Shown here: positions 38,739 to 48,204 of the stretch, in pieces
How positions within the stretch are numbered: position 1 is the first letter of the stretch
Layout of the letters: every line of letters starts with the position of its first letter
Assembly: GCA_017601245.1 (NCBI GenBank)
Contig: JAFNJB010000049.1
Span: 1 to 60,033, forward strand
Length of the DNA: 60,033 nt
Source: Candidatus Brockarchaeota archaeon
Lineage (GTDB): Archaea; Thermoproteota; EX4484-205; JAAOZP01
Direction: 5' to 3'
Made by a program: the position numbers and the translations under genes
Notes under the pieces: generated by a model
The model's input: only the letters and a program-made list of their open reading frames with translations
The model's database searches: none
What the model was told of the DNA's origin: nothing

Positions 38739-39501
38739 AGTAGACGTCCTCCGGGTACATTCCGCATTTATTACAGTAGTACCTTGATTCTTCAGGTTTC
38801 CAAACAAGTTTTGAACCACACTTTGGGCAAAGCGGCGGGGTGCTGAGAGGAGGCTTATTCTCCTCGATTTTAACAACAACCTTCTCCTCGGATTTGGCTT
38901 CAACAGTCTTTTCCAAAGCCTGTGGTTTCATGGGTGTAGCTGGAGCAGGACGCGGTTTAAATGTGAGAACAACATAAGTAAGAATACCGGAGAGAATTGC
39001 TACAGCTACTATGTTGAATATTGTTCCAACAACCACCATTAGAGAGAGGGTTGCGAAAGCATCCTCTATAATAGGCTGTCTCAGGGGGAGGCTGTATAAA
39101 GAAGGTCTCAGACTATTATGCATGCAATAAAGCCCTACAACTGCAACCATTGTTATTGAGAATACTGATGCTTTAATAGCGTCCGAGACTGAAGAAGATA
39201 AGATACTGGCAACAATGCTTGTCGTAACAATTACTACTAGAACCATTATAAACCAATTGCCGGAGTTGAAGAATTGAAGGAAATATCCTACAAGCGACTT
39301 ACCCTCGGTCGCCACTATCTCCACGCCATAGCCTGAGATAGAAAGCCCTAGAGCATAGACCCAAGGGCTGTTTTTCAACCCTGAAACAGGTATGTTCCCA
39401 ACATCGCATTGAATACTACTCGAGGGAATTATGGAGTCTATTAGCAGGATTGGGAAAAGAACTAGAAGCGTCAGCAACACTACTGTTAGAATTAGCCTCA
39501 A
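38728..39501 (-). CDS. Membrane protein with C-terminal Zn ribbon
   Basis: About 4 TM segments, a Pro/Lys-rich linker, then CPKCG...YYCNKC. Confidence 0.75.
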   Translation of the reverse strand: MRLILTVVLLTLLVLFPILLIDSIIPSSSIQCDVGNIPVSGLKNSPWVYALGLSISGYGVEIVATEGKSLVGYFLQFFNSGNWFIMVLVVIVTTSIVASILSSSVSDAIKASVFSITMVAVVGLYCMHNSLRPSLYSLPLRQPIIEDAFATLSLMVVVGTIFNIVAVAILSGILTYVVLTFKPRPAPATPMKPQALEKTVEAKSEEKVVVKIEENKPPLSTPPLCPKCGSKLVWKPEESRYYCNKCGMYPEDVYFKI

Positions 39502-39530
39502 TTCTTCAGGAAGATTCTTTGAACTACTAT

Positions 39531-39752
39531 TTAGCCTTTCTGTCTAGACTTTTCACCGGGTCTAAGTTTTTCTTCAATAAAAAGGATGGTTAGCGAGAGG
39601 AGGAAATTAAGGATAAGAAGTAGAAAAGTAGTCCAAGCTAAGTCCATAACCATACCTGGTTGCAACCCCGGAATTAGGAAGAATGCTAAGATTAAAGCCG
39701 GAATGAGTGAGAAGACTGCTATAGCAACGTAGGTGGCTTTCATAGCAATCAC
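39531..39752 (-). CDS. Small 2-TM membrane protein
   Basis: Two hydrophobic helices; GTGA coupling to the upstream regulator. Confidence 0.6.
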   Translation of the reverse strand: MIAMKATYVAIAVFSLIPALILAFFLIPGLQPGMVMDLAWTTFLLLILNFLLSLTILFIEEKLRPGEKSRQKG

Positions 39753-40075
39753 TCTACTAGATAACCCTCTTTACGAAGCTTATTGCAAAGATCACAAATA
39801 TCATCGCTAAGATCCTTAATGGACATGCCTTTTTCAAAAATCTTCTGAGCCAGGTTGGAAGCATACTCGTTGACCATAGTATTATTGAGGAAACGTCTTA
39901 TTTTAGCACTACTTTTCCTCCTACCCATGTAATTGCTTACGGAAGGCTGCGTTACTTCAAGAAGCTTAGCGACTTGAATCTGATTCAAATTATAATCTTC
40001 CACAAGCTTCCTGGATATTAACATTCTCAAAGCTGGAACCACATACTTAACCATATGCTCACAATGTATAGCCAT
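39749..40075 (-). CDS. HTH transcriptional regulator (CE...P..R / TQP.VS.Y / C..C type)
   Basis: HCEHMVKYVVPALR, QIQVAKLLEVTQPSVSNY, ICDLC. The ORF track start is 40102; 40075 preferred. Confidence 0.8.
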   Translation of the reverse strand: MAIHCEHMVKYVVPALRMLISRKLVEDYNLNQIQVAKLLEVTQPSVSNYMGRRKSSAKIRRFLNNTMVNEYASNLAQKIFEKGMSIKDLSDDICDLCNKLRKEGYLVE

Positions 40076-40313
40076 ATTCCTAAAACAACAATTATAACTC
40101 ATTTTTAAAGATAACGGTTAATCTGGCTTAATAATAGACAAATCTGCAAGACCAATTCATTACTCTCATAAATGTAATAAGCTATGTTACAAGACATTAC
40201 CTACTAGCATATGGAAGATTAAGGATTTTTATAGTTTAGGAGGAAAACAGGCATACCTTCCTCTTCTAAAATGTTACATCCTTCAGATAATTTCCGCAAG
40301 TGCCAAAGAGTTT

Positions 40314-41126
40314 TTGGGATTTAAATTTTTAATTAAGAGACCTCTCATGTATCGCAATATGGAGAGTATTCAGAAGAGGATTGAGATTGTGACAAGAAAG
40401 TGGTGGTTCCTCGCAGCATTCATCCTAATAGGAATGACCCCTCCGATAGTCGAGAAAGGTTACGGCCCATCTAATACAGGCACCGTCGTTTACTACTTAC
40501 TCGCCAACTCCCTCTTGGAGAGGGTATCGCTCTTCTATCCGATCTTCAAGGTGGCCCATATTGCACTGATAATATCTCTCACGATTTTGGGTGATAAGAT
40601 AGGTAGAGTATTCAATCTCTACGTGGCCGTGAACTACCTACTCTTCGCATTTCTACAAGGAATCTCGATAACCGAGAAGTATGGATTTGCCGTCTTAACT
40701 GGAAATGTACTTCAGATGACCTTAACCTCTATCTTCTGGTTCTGGGAGGCGGTCATCAAGAAGAATAGCTTCAAATCCCCTAAATTGTCGCTGAGTAACT
40801 GCTGGACTATCCCATTGGCTTTCCTGGCCTTCTGGTACCCGCTGAACCCCGAGACCCTGGGACCGGATTTCAACCTGAGCTACTTACTCACGAATGCAGC
40901 TGGCCTCGCTTTCTGCACCATGACTCCGGTCTACCTCACCGTGTTGACGATTTATCACCCTAATGTTAACAAGATGGTGATGAGGGTTACCAGCCTAACG
41001 GGAACAATCATAGGCTTCTGGAACATGGTCGGTAATTTCATCATGATGCCTCAATTCTGGTGGAACGGCGTCCTCCACATACCCCTAATGCTGATATCGC
41101 TCTACGCCCTCGCGCTCTCCTTTTAA
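40314..41126 (+). CDS. Hypothetical polytopic membrane protein
   Basis: About 8 TM segments; codon usage visibly more C/G-ending than its neighbours; true start probably the ATG near 40348-40360. Confidence 0.7.
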   Translation: MGFKFLIKRPLMYRNMESIQKRIEIVTRKWWFLAAFILIGMTPPIVEKGYGPSNTGTVVYYLLANSLLERVSLFYPIFKVAHIALIISLTILGDKIGRVFNLYVAVNYLLFAFLQGISITEKYGFAVLTGNVLQMTLTSIFWFWEAVIKKNSFKSPKLSLSNCWTIPLAFLAFWYPLNPETLGPDFNLSYLLTNAAGLAFCTMTPVYLTVLTIYHPNVNKMVMRVTSLTGTIIGFWNMVGNFIMMPQFWWNGVLHIPLMLISLYALALSF

Positions 41127-41582
41127 ATAATTCACGTTTTTGTCATGCACCCAGATGCTCCAGCATTGATATTAATGCCATTTCTCCCTTCAGAGATTTT
41201 AATACGGACAAATATACTCTCCAGAGTCCTCTGATATTTCCCGAGAATAGTTATAGACCAGTAAAATTCGAGAATGAAGAGGAATTGTAGAAAGAAAAGC
41301 ATTGGAAGATAGTTCTTTAAATTTAAGGATTAGTAGAGTATTCTCACCAATAAAACAGTCTTATGATACTATACCACGCTGGGAATATTGAAAAAGCCTT
41401 TTCCATACATTCTTAATGCGATTTATTTTTACCATGGAAACGATATTGAGAAAGCATATTTATCCTCCGGCATGATGTTCTTTTACACTATGTTAAATGG
41501 TCTCTAAATCTGATAAAGATTAGGAGGCTCTGGAATATAAGAAAACTTTTTAACTTAGTGGAAGAAGTATAAGAAACTGTGA

Positions 41583-41690
41583 GCCGGGGTAGCCGAACCC
41601 GGTTAGGCGGCGGGCTGCAGAAAAAAAATAAAAACATATAAATAAGTTGTCGAGACCCGCAGTATGCGGGTTCAAATCCCGCCCCCGGCT
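41583..41690 (+). tRNA. tRNA-Cys(GCA) with a 34-nt intron at 37/38
   Basis: Acceptor GCCGGGG/CCCCGGC with U73, anticodon stem GCGGG/CCCGC, loop CT-GCA-G|A, T-arm GCGGG-TTCAAAT-CCCGC, followed by TTTT. Confidence 0.93.
41621..41654 (+). other. tRNA intron (A-rich, relaxed bulge-helix-bulge)
   Basis: AAAAAAAATAAAAACATATAAATAAGTTGTCGAG; removing it restores a 7-nt anticodon loop. Confidence 0.8.
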
Positions 41691-41794
41691 TTTCCAATAA
41701 GCATTAGAAAATTGACGGAGAGAAATATTCAGCTATTAAAGATGCTTCAGTATCGGCGGATTGATTAAATCAAGAATAAATGCTTAGGTAGGCT

Positions 41795-43120
41795 TTAAAC
41801 AAGGATTTGTGGCGGCTCATAGTCTACTAGCTTACCCTCCAAGTATTCTGCGTAGCCTTGGAGATCTAATAGACCGTGGCCACTCATGTTGAACAGTATA
41901 ACCTTCTCCTCACCCTTCTTCTTACATTCTAAAGCGACGTCTATGGCTGCTTTTATTGCATGGCTTGTCTCTGGGGCGGGGACAAGACCCTCGTTCTCAG
42001 CGAAGATTTTACCCGCTTCGAAAATCTCAGTCTGATGGTATGCTACAGACCTCATATAGCCGTCGTGTATTAAGAGGCAGAGCGACGGGGCCTTACCATG
42101 GTACCTTAGACCTCCAGCGTGTATCGGCGGTGTAAAGAACTTGTGGCCTACGGTATACATTTTCAAAAGCGGTGTCATTTCTGCAGTGTCTCCAAAATCA
42201 TACATGTATTTACCCCTAGTTGTAGAGGGTACTGCCTTTGGCTCTACTGCTATGAACTCAGCGTCAAGCTTACCGGCTAGCTTCTCCTTCATGAATGGGT
42301 ATGCCAATCCAGCGTAGTTGGATCCTCCCCCTATGCAGCCTATTATGTAGTCTGGCTTCTCATCTAGCATCTCCATTTGCTTCATGGCTTCTTGACCAAC
42401 GATGGTTTGGTGCAGCAAGACATGGTTTAGAACGCTTCCAAGAGAATACTTCATACCTGTTTTAACAGCTGTCTCTATTGCCTCGCTAATAGCTATGCCG
42501 AGGGAGCCTGGATGGTTCGGATCTTGTTCAAGCATCTTCCTTCCGAATTCCGTTTGATCGCTCGGTGAAGGATATACTTCTGCTCCAAATAGCTGCATGA
42601 GTATCTTCCTGTAAGGCTTACTCAAATAGCTACTCCTAGTCATGAATATTTTACACTTCATCTTGAAGAATGCGCATCCCAATGCTAGGGCTGAGCCCCA
42701 CTGGCCGGCTCCGGTCTCCGTGGTTAAACCCTTAGTGCCCTCAACCATATTGTAGTATGCTTGAGCTATGGCAGTGTTAGGCTTATGGCTCCCAACGACG
42801 TTTACATATTCGCACTTAAAGTATATTCTGGCAGGAGTGTTGAGATACTTTTCTAATCGAGTTGCTCTCCTCAAAGGCGTCGGCCTACCAATAGCGTAGT
42901 ATGCCTGAACTACTTCCTCAGGTATTGGGATATACCTCTGGTCTGAAACCTCCTGTCTTATCAGCTCCTTCGGGAAGATAACTTCCAATTCCTGGGGTGA
43001 AACCGGCTTCATAGTAGCAGGGTTCAAAGGCGGGTCTAAGGGCCTTGGAAGATCCGGGAGAATGTTATACCATGATTTAGGCATTTCATCAGGATCCAGA
43101 TACACAACAGGCGGCTTCAT
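41795..43120 (-). CDS. trpB2: Tryptophan synthase beta chain, type 2 (TrpB2)
   Basis: [54 protein letters not shown]. Confidence 0.95.
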   Translation of the reverse strand: MKPPVVYLDPDEMPKSWYNILPDLPRPLDPPLNPATMKPVSPQELEVIFPKELIRQEVSDQRYIPIPEEVVQAYYAIGRPTPLRRATRLEKYLNTPARIYFKCEYVNVVGSHKPNTAIAQAYYNMVEGTKGLTTETGAGQWGSALALGCAFFKMKCKIFMTRSSYLSKPYRKILMQLFGAEVYPSPSDQTEFGRKMLEQDPNHPGSLGIAISEAIETAVKTGMKYSLGSVLNHVLLHQTIVGQEAMKQMEMLDEKPDYIIGCIGGGSNYAGLAYPFMKEKLAGKLDAEFIAVEPKAVPSTTRGKYMYDFGDTAEMTPLLKMYTVGHKFFTPPIHAGGLRYHGKAPSLCLLIHDGYMRSVAYHQTEIFEAGKIFAENEGLVPAPETSHAIKAAIDVALECKKKGEEKVILFNMSGHGLLDLQGYAEYLEGKLVDYEPPQILV

Positions 43121-43263
43121 TTTGATCTCCTCTGAGCGTTCTAAACCGGTATATATACTCTATTGGACGATTGTATACTTCTGTACATTCCTATTGGCAA
43201 GCCTGCTTATCTGTGGAATACAGTGAATATTTTAAATACGCGAATTAGAAACGGTATGCAGGC

Positions 43264-43767
43264 TTGTGGAGCAAAGTGTATGAGAAGGTTAAACGTTATC
43301 CAGCTAAGGTTAGAGTTGCTAGACTACTCGTTGAAAACGGTCTGAGGATAGCTGAAGACGGCAAGATATACTGTGGCCCAATACACATACCCGATGCTAA
43401 GATAGCTAAAGCAGCAAACGCCGACAGGCGCATAGTTAGAAACACTGTCGAACTATTAATGAAGGATGAAAAGCTCAGTAGGATATTCAGAGCCCTTAAG
43501 CCAGCAGGCCCGAATCTGGCTGATGCAGCGCCTTACCTGGGTTTCGACGTAATAGAGATATATGCTGATCCGAATAGGCCGGGTATAGTAGCTGGCGCCA
43601 GTAGCATTATAGCTGAGCTTGGAATAAGCATAAGGCAGGTTATTGCAGACGATCCCGAGCTTGTTCCAGAGCCTAAGCTTCAGATAGTTGTCAACGGAAG
43701 GATTCCTGGCGAGGTTATTGAAAAAATGCGGAGGATAAAGGGTGTTAAGAGCGTCACTTTAAAATAG
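43264..43767 (+). CDS. ACT-domain amino-acid metabolism regulator
   Basis: N-terminal HTH-like region (KIAKA..ADRR.V) and a C-terminal ACT domain (PGIVA.....IA..GISIRQ); divergent from trpB2. Confidence 0.85.
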   Translation: MWSKVYEKVKRYPAKVRVARLLVENGLRIAEDGKIYCGPIHIPDAKIAKAANADRRIVRNTVELLMKDEKLSRIFRALKPAGPNLADAAPYLGFDVIEIYADPNRPGIVAGASSIIAELGISIRQVIADDPELVPEPKLQIVVNGRIPGEVIEKMRRIKGVKSVTLK

Positions 43768-43772
43768 TTAAA

Positions 43773-44408
43773 CTATTTTCTCATGAATTCTTCAACTTTC
43801 TCAATCAACGTCCTTGTTGTTTGAGACGTTATCGCTTCGCCTATTTCAACGCTCGCCTTGTAAGCATTCCCCTCAACACCCATTGAGGAATCAGCGTATT
43901 TCACCCTATCCTCCCTCACAAGGCTCCTGTTTATGAAGAGCATTTGAGAAGTCAAGTATGCGCCACCTGAGCCGCTCTTCGGCTCTCCCTCGAGCGATTG
44001 AACATCAGGATAATTCTCCCATATGTTCAATTGGAGGAGCTCAACATCCTTAACCGGCTTTTTACTAACAAGCTCTTTTAGGAAAGCATCGTTAACAGGA
44101 TCAGCGTTCAATAAAACTATCTTCTTCAAACCCAGCTTTGAAAGGTTCTCTAATATGCTTGTTAATAGCGCGCTTAAAACTTCCGGCTTTAGAGACACCA
44201 TGCCATCTACACCATACGGTATTTCCCCGATGGTGAAAACATAGGGTTGAAGCGACTCAGCTATTTTAAGTGAGTAATAGCTTGCTATTAACGAAGCAGT
44301 ATTAGCTGGGAGATGCGGTCCCTGATTCTTAATAGAGCCCAGTGGCACAAGCCCCACGAGAGATTGTCCAAGCCTATGTCTCAACTCGTAGTATGTATGC
44401 TCGAACAT
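43773..44408 (-). CDS. Creatininase-fold protein lacking the canonical metal ligands
   Basis: VPLGS...GPHLP..T, ..YG, SL..E....L, LN....N, AS.E.G fold signature. Confidence 0.7.
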   Translation of the reverse strand: MFEHTYYELRHRLGQSLVGLVPLGSIKNQGPHLPANTASLIASYYSLKIAESLQPYVFTIGEIPYGVDGMVSLKPEVLSALLTSILENLSKLGLKKIVLLNADPVNDAFLKELVSKKPVKDVELLQLNIWENYPDVQSLEGEPKSGSGGAYLTSQMLFINRSLVREDRVKYADSSMGVEGNAYKASVEIGEAITSQTTRTLIEKVEEFMRK

Positions 44409-44469
44409 GACCAGTTAGTTTTAAAACAATATTATTTAAACATTAGCCCTGTTGCCAATTATACCAGGG

Positions 44470-45120
44470 TTAACTCTCCAAGACGTGTTTAAGAAAGTCG
44501 ACGAGCTGTTTCTCAGACCTCATTCCGACAAGCTCGTGAAGATCGTTTACGACGAGCTTAGGAACGCCGGTGACATTGTATTTCTCAGCAAGCTTTGGAA
44601 ACTCCATTGCTTCAATCATCTCTCCAGTTATCATGTCGTTTTCAAATGCGAATTGGTGAGCATAGAAAACCATAGAGGGGCAATATGGGCAAGTCGGGGT
44701 TACAAAGACCTTAATGTTAAGAGGTTCCCTAATCCCCCTGATGAAATCCCTCGTAGAATCTCTGAGCATTGTTCTACCGTTGCTAACCATCAATATGTCC
44801 TTTATGTACGTTTCAAACTCGTAGCCCGAGGGGATTCCGAAAAACCTTATTCCGTAATCCTTCTCAGGAGATGCTATTATAGTGGCTGGGAAAAGCCTAA
44901 TCCTATATTTTTCAGCTTCGCTAGCGCTAGTCTCATAAGGATAGTGTTTAACCACTATATCCGGGTTTAAACTAGACACTTCCTGTGCTATCTGCAGGGT
45001 TTCCTTGCAGAATTTACAGTCATCCTGCTCGGTGAAGACTATTATGTCAACAGGGTTCTTAAAATCCCTGTTTAATATTTCTCTCAGCCTATTCCTGTTT
45101 TCATCACTCAGTAGAGCCAT
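44470..45120 (-). CDS. Protein-disulfide oxidoreductase (two thioredoxin folds)
   Basis: CKFC and CPYC, GIPSGYEF, V.GVP. Confidence 0.93.
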   Translation of the reverse strand: MALLSDENRNRLREILNRDFKNPVDIIVFTEQDDCKFCKETLQIAQEVSSLNPDIVVKHYPYETSASEAEKYRIRLFPATIIASPEKDYGIRFFGIPSGYEFETYIKDILMVSNGRTMLRDSTRDFIRGIREPLNIKVFVTPTCPYCPSMVFYAHQFAFENDMITGEMIEAMEFPKLAEKYNVTGVPKLVVNDLHELVGMRSEKQLVDFLKHVLES

Positions 45121-45173
45121 TTCGAAGGGAGATGCTTAGGAAAGCTTATATGTTTTTATCGAAAAACACGCTA

Positions 45174-46289
45174 CTAGTCGAGCCTCTCAGCCAGTGCCTT
45201 AAGGTTTCTGAAAGCATGAATCCTATCCTTATCGCCGATTTTCGCCTTAGTCAAAGCTTCTTCAAGCATGCTTATAACACGGTCCATCCTTTTCCTATTA
45301 ACAGGGTATGGTACGCCGTCTTTACCTCCGAATGCAAAGGAGAATTTTATCGGGTCCCTCCAACTCGGTGCAGCGTCGAAAATTATCTGGGCGACCAGTG
45401 AGAGAGCTCTCAGAGTGCCGGGTCCAACACCTTTTACGCTTAGAAACTCCTCGTAGCTGCCTGGTTTAAGCTCGTAAGCTTCTTCCAAAGCCTTCCAATT
45501 CACATTCCTCTCGAGCACAACCCGGTAAGCAGGAGGCTCAATGCCACCAGGCACCCATTTTAAAAGCGTTTCTGAAGAGGCCTCATCTACGGTCTTCAAG
45601 TACCTCCTTAGCCTATAGGTAGGTTCATTAACGAGCTCTAAAGTAGCGTTCCTATTGGCCCTACTCTCCTTAGCAGTTAGGTTTAGAACATTCTCATGTT
45701 TTGAAACACCTATTATTCCAGAGTGGGGCTCTTCGATAAGGCTTTTCAAACCCTCGCTTAGCCAATGGTATCTCCTGGCCCATTTCAGCTCCGGGTTCAT
45801 GCCCTGTTGCACAACCGCCCAATTTCCATCTTTGTCGAAGAGGAAAACATGATGGTAAAGCTGGTAACCGGCTTGAATCATAGAATTGTCGACCTTAGCG
45901 CAAATCCTAGACAAATATGTAAGCCTATCCGGATCAGCGTTAACATTCCTCGTTTCAACCGTGTTCTTTATCTCGTTCGGAGTCTTACGGGACAGTGCAC
46001 CTTTCCCACCGCATGCATAAACCCCAATATCCCTCTTTGAGAGTATTGTTTTCAAAACCCCTGACGTTACTGTCGTCGAGCCCGAGCTGTCCCAGTCGTA
46101 TCCTAGCACGTTTGAGAAGCCTTGGAACCATAAAGGGTCTGAGACTCTTCTCAAGAGCTCCAGTGTCCCGAACTCTGTGACTATGGCTTCAACAATTGCA
46201 CCACCTAACCTTATCATTCTTGAAACTAACCACTGTGGCGCCTTACCACCATGAAGGCGAAGGTCGAAGAATCCTCCTCTGGAAGACAC
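45174..46289 (-). CDS. DUF763 family protein
   Basis: DL.LH.G.AP.WL, SDPLWFQ, DWDSSGSTT, AKVD....Q.GY.LYHH, RRYHW, KGVGP.TLRAL, FAFGGKDG.PYP. Confidence 0.9.
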   Translation of the reverse strand: MSSRGGFFDLRLHGGKAPQWLVSRMIRLGGAIVEAIVTEFGTLELLRRVSDPLWFQGFSNVLGYDWDSSGSTTVTSGVLKTILSKRDIGVYACGGKGALSRKTPNEIKNTVETRNVNADPDRLTYLSRICAKVDNSMIQAGYQLYHHVFLFDKDGNWAVVQQGMNPELKWARRYHWLSEGLKSLIEEPHSGIIGVSKHENVLNLTAKESRANRNATLELVNEPTYRLRRYLKTVDEASSETLLKWVPGGIEPPAYRVVLERNVNWKALEEAYELKPGSYEEFLSVKGVGPGTLRALSLVAQIIFDAAPSWRDPIKFSFAFGGKDGVPYPVNRKRMDRVISMLEEALTKAKIGDKDRIHAFRNLKALAERLD

Positions 46290-46359
46290 TTTTAAGAAAG
46301 ATAGATTTAAAGACTCTCATAAAGCTTTTTACCCTCTTCAAACAGTTATTTAACCAGAC

Positions 46360-46848
46360 ATGAGTATCAGACTCGAATCTGTTGAGATAAAGCCTCCGGA
46401 AGGAGTTCAGATAATAATAGGCCAGTCTCATTTCATAAAGAGTGTTGAAGACATTTACGAAGCCATAGCAACCAGTATGCCTAAAGTGGAGTTTGCAGTT
46501 GCTTTCTGCGAATCCAGCGGGCCTGCTCTCGTAAGGTTCGAAGGAACGAGTGAAGATTTGAAGAAACTAGTAGTCGAATATGCTTTGAAGATCTCTGCGG
46601 GACACGTCTTCATCGTGGTTTTGAAAAACGCTTATCCAATTAACGTTCTGAACAGGATTAAGAATGTTGAAGAAGTTGCAACCGTATTCTGTGCCACCGG
46701 TAATCCGATTAACGTGATAATAGCTGAGACTGAGTTGGGGAGGGGAGTACTCGGAGTTGTCGACGGCATTAAAACTAAAGGCGTAGAGAGTGAGGAGGAT
46801 AAGAAACATAGATACGAGTTCCTTAGGAAAATAGGCTATAAGAAGTGA
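46360..46848 (+). CDS. Adenosine-specific kinase / AMP-binding family (DUF355)
   Basis: IIGQSHFIKSVED, AFCESSG..L.R, GHVF, YPINVLN, CAT.NP, RG..GV.DG, IGYK. Confidence 0.88.
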   Translation: MSIRLESVEIKPPEGVQIIIGQSHFIKSVEDIYEAIATSMPKVEFAVAFCESSGPALVRFEGTSEDLKKLVVEYALKISAGHVFIVVLKNAYPINVLNRIKNVEEVATVFCATGNPINVIIAETELGRGVLGVVDGIKTKGVESEEDKKHRYEFLRKIGYKK

Positions 46849-46917
46849 GAATATAAGTAATAATGCAGAATATGGTTTAAGATGATGCTGTTCATAGCAG
46901 GATGGAGTTAGAAGTAT

Positions 46918-48204
46918 TCACCACTCTTTCGACGGCTTAATCAACTCTGAGACATAGGAATAAAACCTTACTAGAGAGTAGATAGGGCGGTATAAGAATA
47001 GAGTTACTGGGAATAGGTACCAATACTTCATATCCTGCGGATACTCAACTATAGAAATAGCGCTGAGCGATGTCTGAAGCTCCATTATTGCATATAGGGC
47101 AATTACAATCAACCATGACAACACGGGGTTGCTGGATGTGAGAAGAAAGTAAGACAGCCAGGCTGGACGGATGATCAGCATTAGAACATCCATTGTCAAC
47201 ATGTCTGGGGCGCCTATTAAACCAGGTGGGCCGAAGCGTCTTTTGAAGAAAAGATTCCTGTGCCTTATCAACATCCTTATTTGGCTCCTATGCCACCTTA
47301 CTCTTTGCCTCACCCAGCTACGCCAATTCTCTGGAACCTCCGTCCAAGCATAGGCTTCAGGCATAAAAATAATTTTCCCCTTCACTTTATGCATCTTAAG
47401 CGTTAAATCGAAATCCTCGCCGATAAAAGGATCGTAACCGCCTAAGGACTCTAAAACGCTCTTTCTCATTACCCCTACTGCACCCGGGATTATCAGAAGC
47501 GTATTGAAGAAAGATTGTAATCGCCTACCTATGTCGAAGGCAATAACATACTCTAGAGATTGTAGTTTAGTTAAGAGGTTTGAGCCATTGTTTGAAACCC
47601 TCAGGTTTCCACTGGCGGCAATTATACGGGAATCGTTGAAATATGCTGCCACCACGCTCAGGAAATCCCAAGCAATTATGGTATCGGCATCTACCGTAAC
47701 AACTATATCTCCACTCGCAGCTTGGAGCCCGTAGTTTAGAGCATATGCTTTCATACTGCTTTTAGACCTTCTTAAGAGGGTGATTTTATTTCCGTAACTA
47801 GATGCGATTTTACAGGTATTATCAGTCGAGCCATCGTCGACCACGATAATCTGTTTCCACGGATACCTATTCTCTAAAACAGACTCTATGCATGCAGCAA
47901 TAGTCTTCTCCTCGTTGTGTGCAGGTATTATAACCGATATTTGAGGGCTTTCCCTTATTGCAGGGATCTTCCTAAAGCGCTCAACGATAGGCAATACTAA
48001 AGCTTTTGTAAGCATCCGAGAATAGTCGAATAGGAGGGAAATAAGACATAGTATGATAAAGCCCTCTATTGTTAACCCTATTATACTACTGAATGTTACA
48101 ACCAGCATAAACAACACGGGTGTTAAAGCAATGTTGAGGAGGAGGACGATATCTTGCAGTCTCAGTCTTTGCATACTATATTGTCCGAGGACGTACTTCA
48201 ACAA
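46918..48204 (-). CDS. Processive membrane glycosyltransferase family 2 (PgaC/IcaA/CesA-like)
   Basis: IPAHNE, VDDGSTD, K..ALN, DAD, GED, QRVRW and several TM segments. Confidence 0.92.
   Translation of the reverse strand: MLKYVLGQYSMQRLRLQDIVLLLNIALTPVLFMLVVTFSSIIGLTIEGFIILCLISLLFDYSRMLTKALVLPIVERFRKIPAIRESPQISVIIPAHNEEKTIAACIESVLENRYPWKQIIVVDDGSTDNTCKIASSYGNKITLLRRSKSSMKAYALNYGLQAASGDIVVTVDADTIIAWDFLSVVAAYFNDSRIIAASGNLRVSNNGSNLLTKLQSLEYVIAFDIGRRLQSFFNTLLIIPGAVGVMRKSVLESLGGYDPFIGEDFDLTLKMHKVKGKIIFMPEAYAWTEVPENWRSWVRQRVRWHRSQIRMLIRHRNLFFKRRFGPPGLIGAPDMLTMDVLMLIIRPAWLSYFLLTSSNPVLSWLIVIALYAIMELQTSLSAISIVEYPQDMKYWYLFPVTLFLYRPIYSLVRFYSYVSELIKPSKEW

Noticed and set aside
41060-41290. 76-aa ORF overlapping the end of 40314-41126
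   Set aside because: It overlaps a better gene, has no motif and low-complexity composition; at most a decayed remnant.
41488-41697. 69-aa minus-strand ORF (MEKPGAGFEPAY...)
   Set aside because: It is the antisense reading of the tRNA-Cys T-arm (GFEP artefact).
43198-43266. 9-bp inverted repeat CAAGCCTGC/GCAGGCTTG covering the ACT gene start
   Set aside because: The arms are 51 nt apart and the TTTAAATA box between them implies a leaderless transcript lacking the first arm; likely chance.
44452-44970. 172-aa plus-strand ORF
   Set aside because: It lies almost entirely antisense to the CxxC-containing PDO; a shadow ORF.
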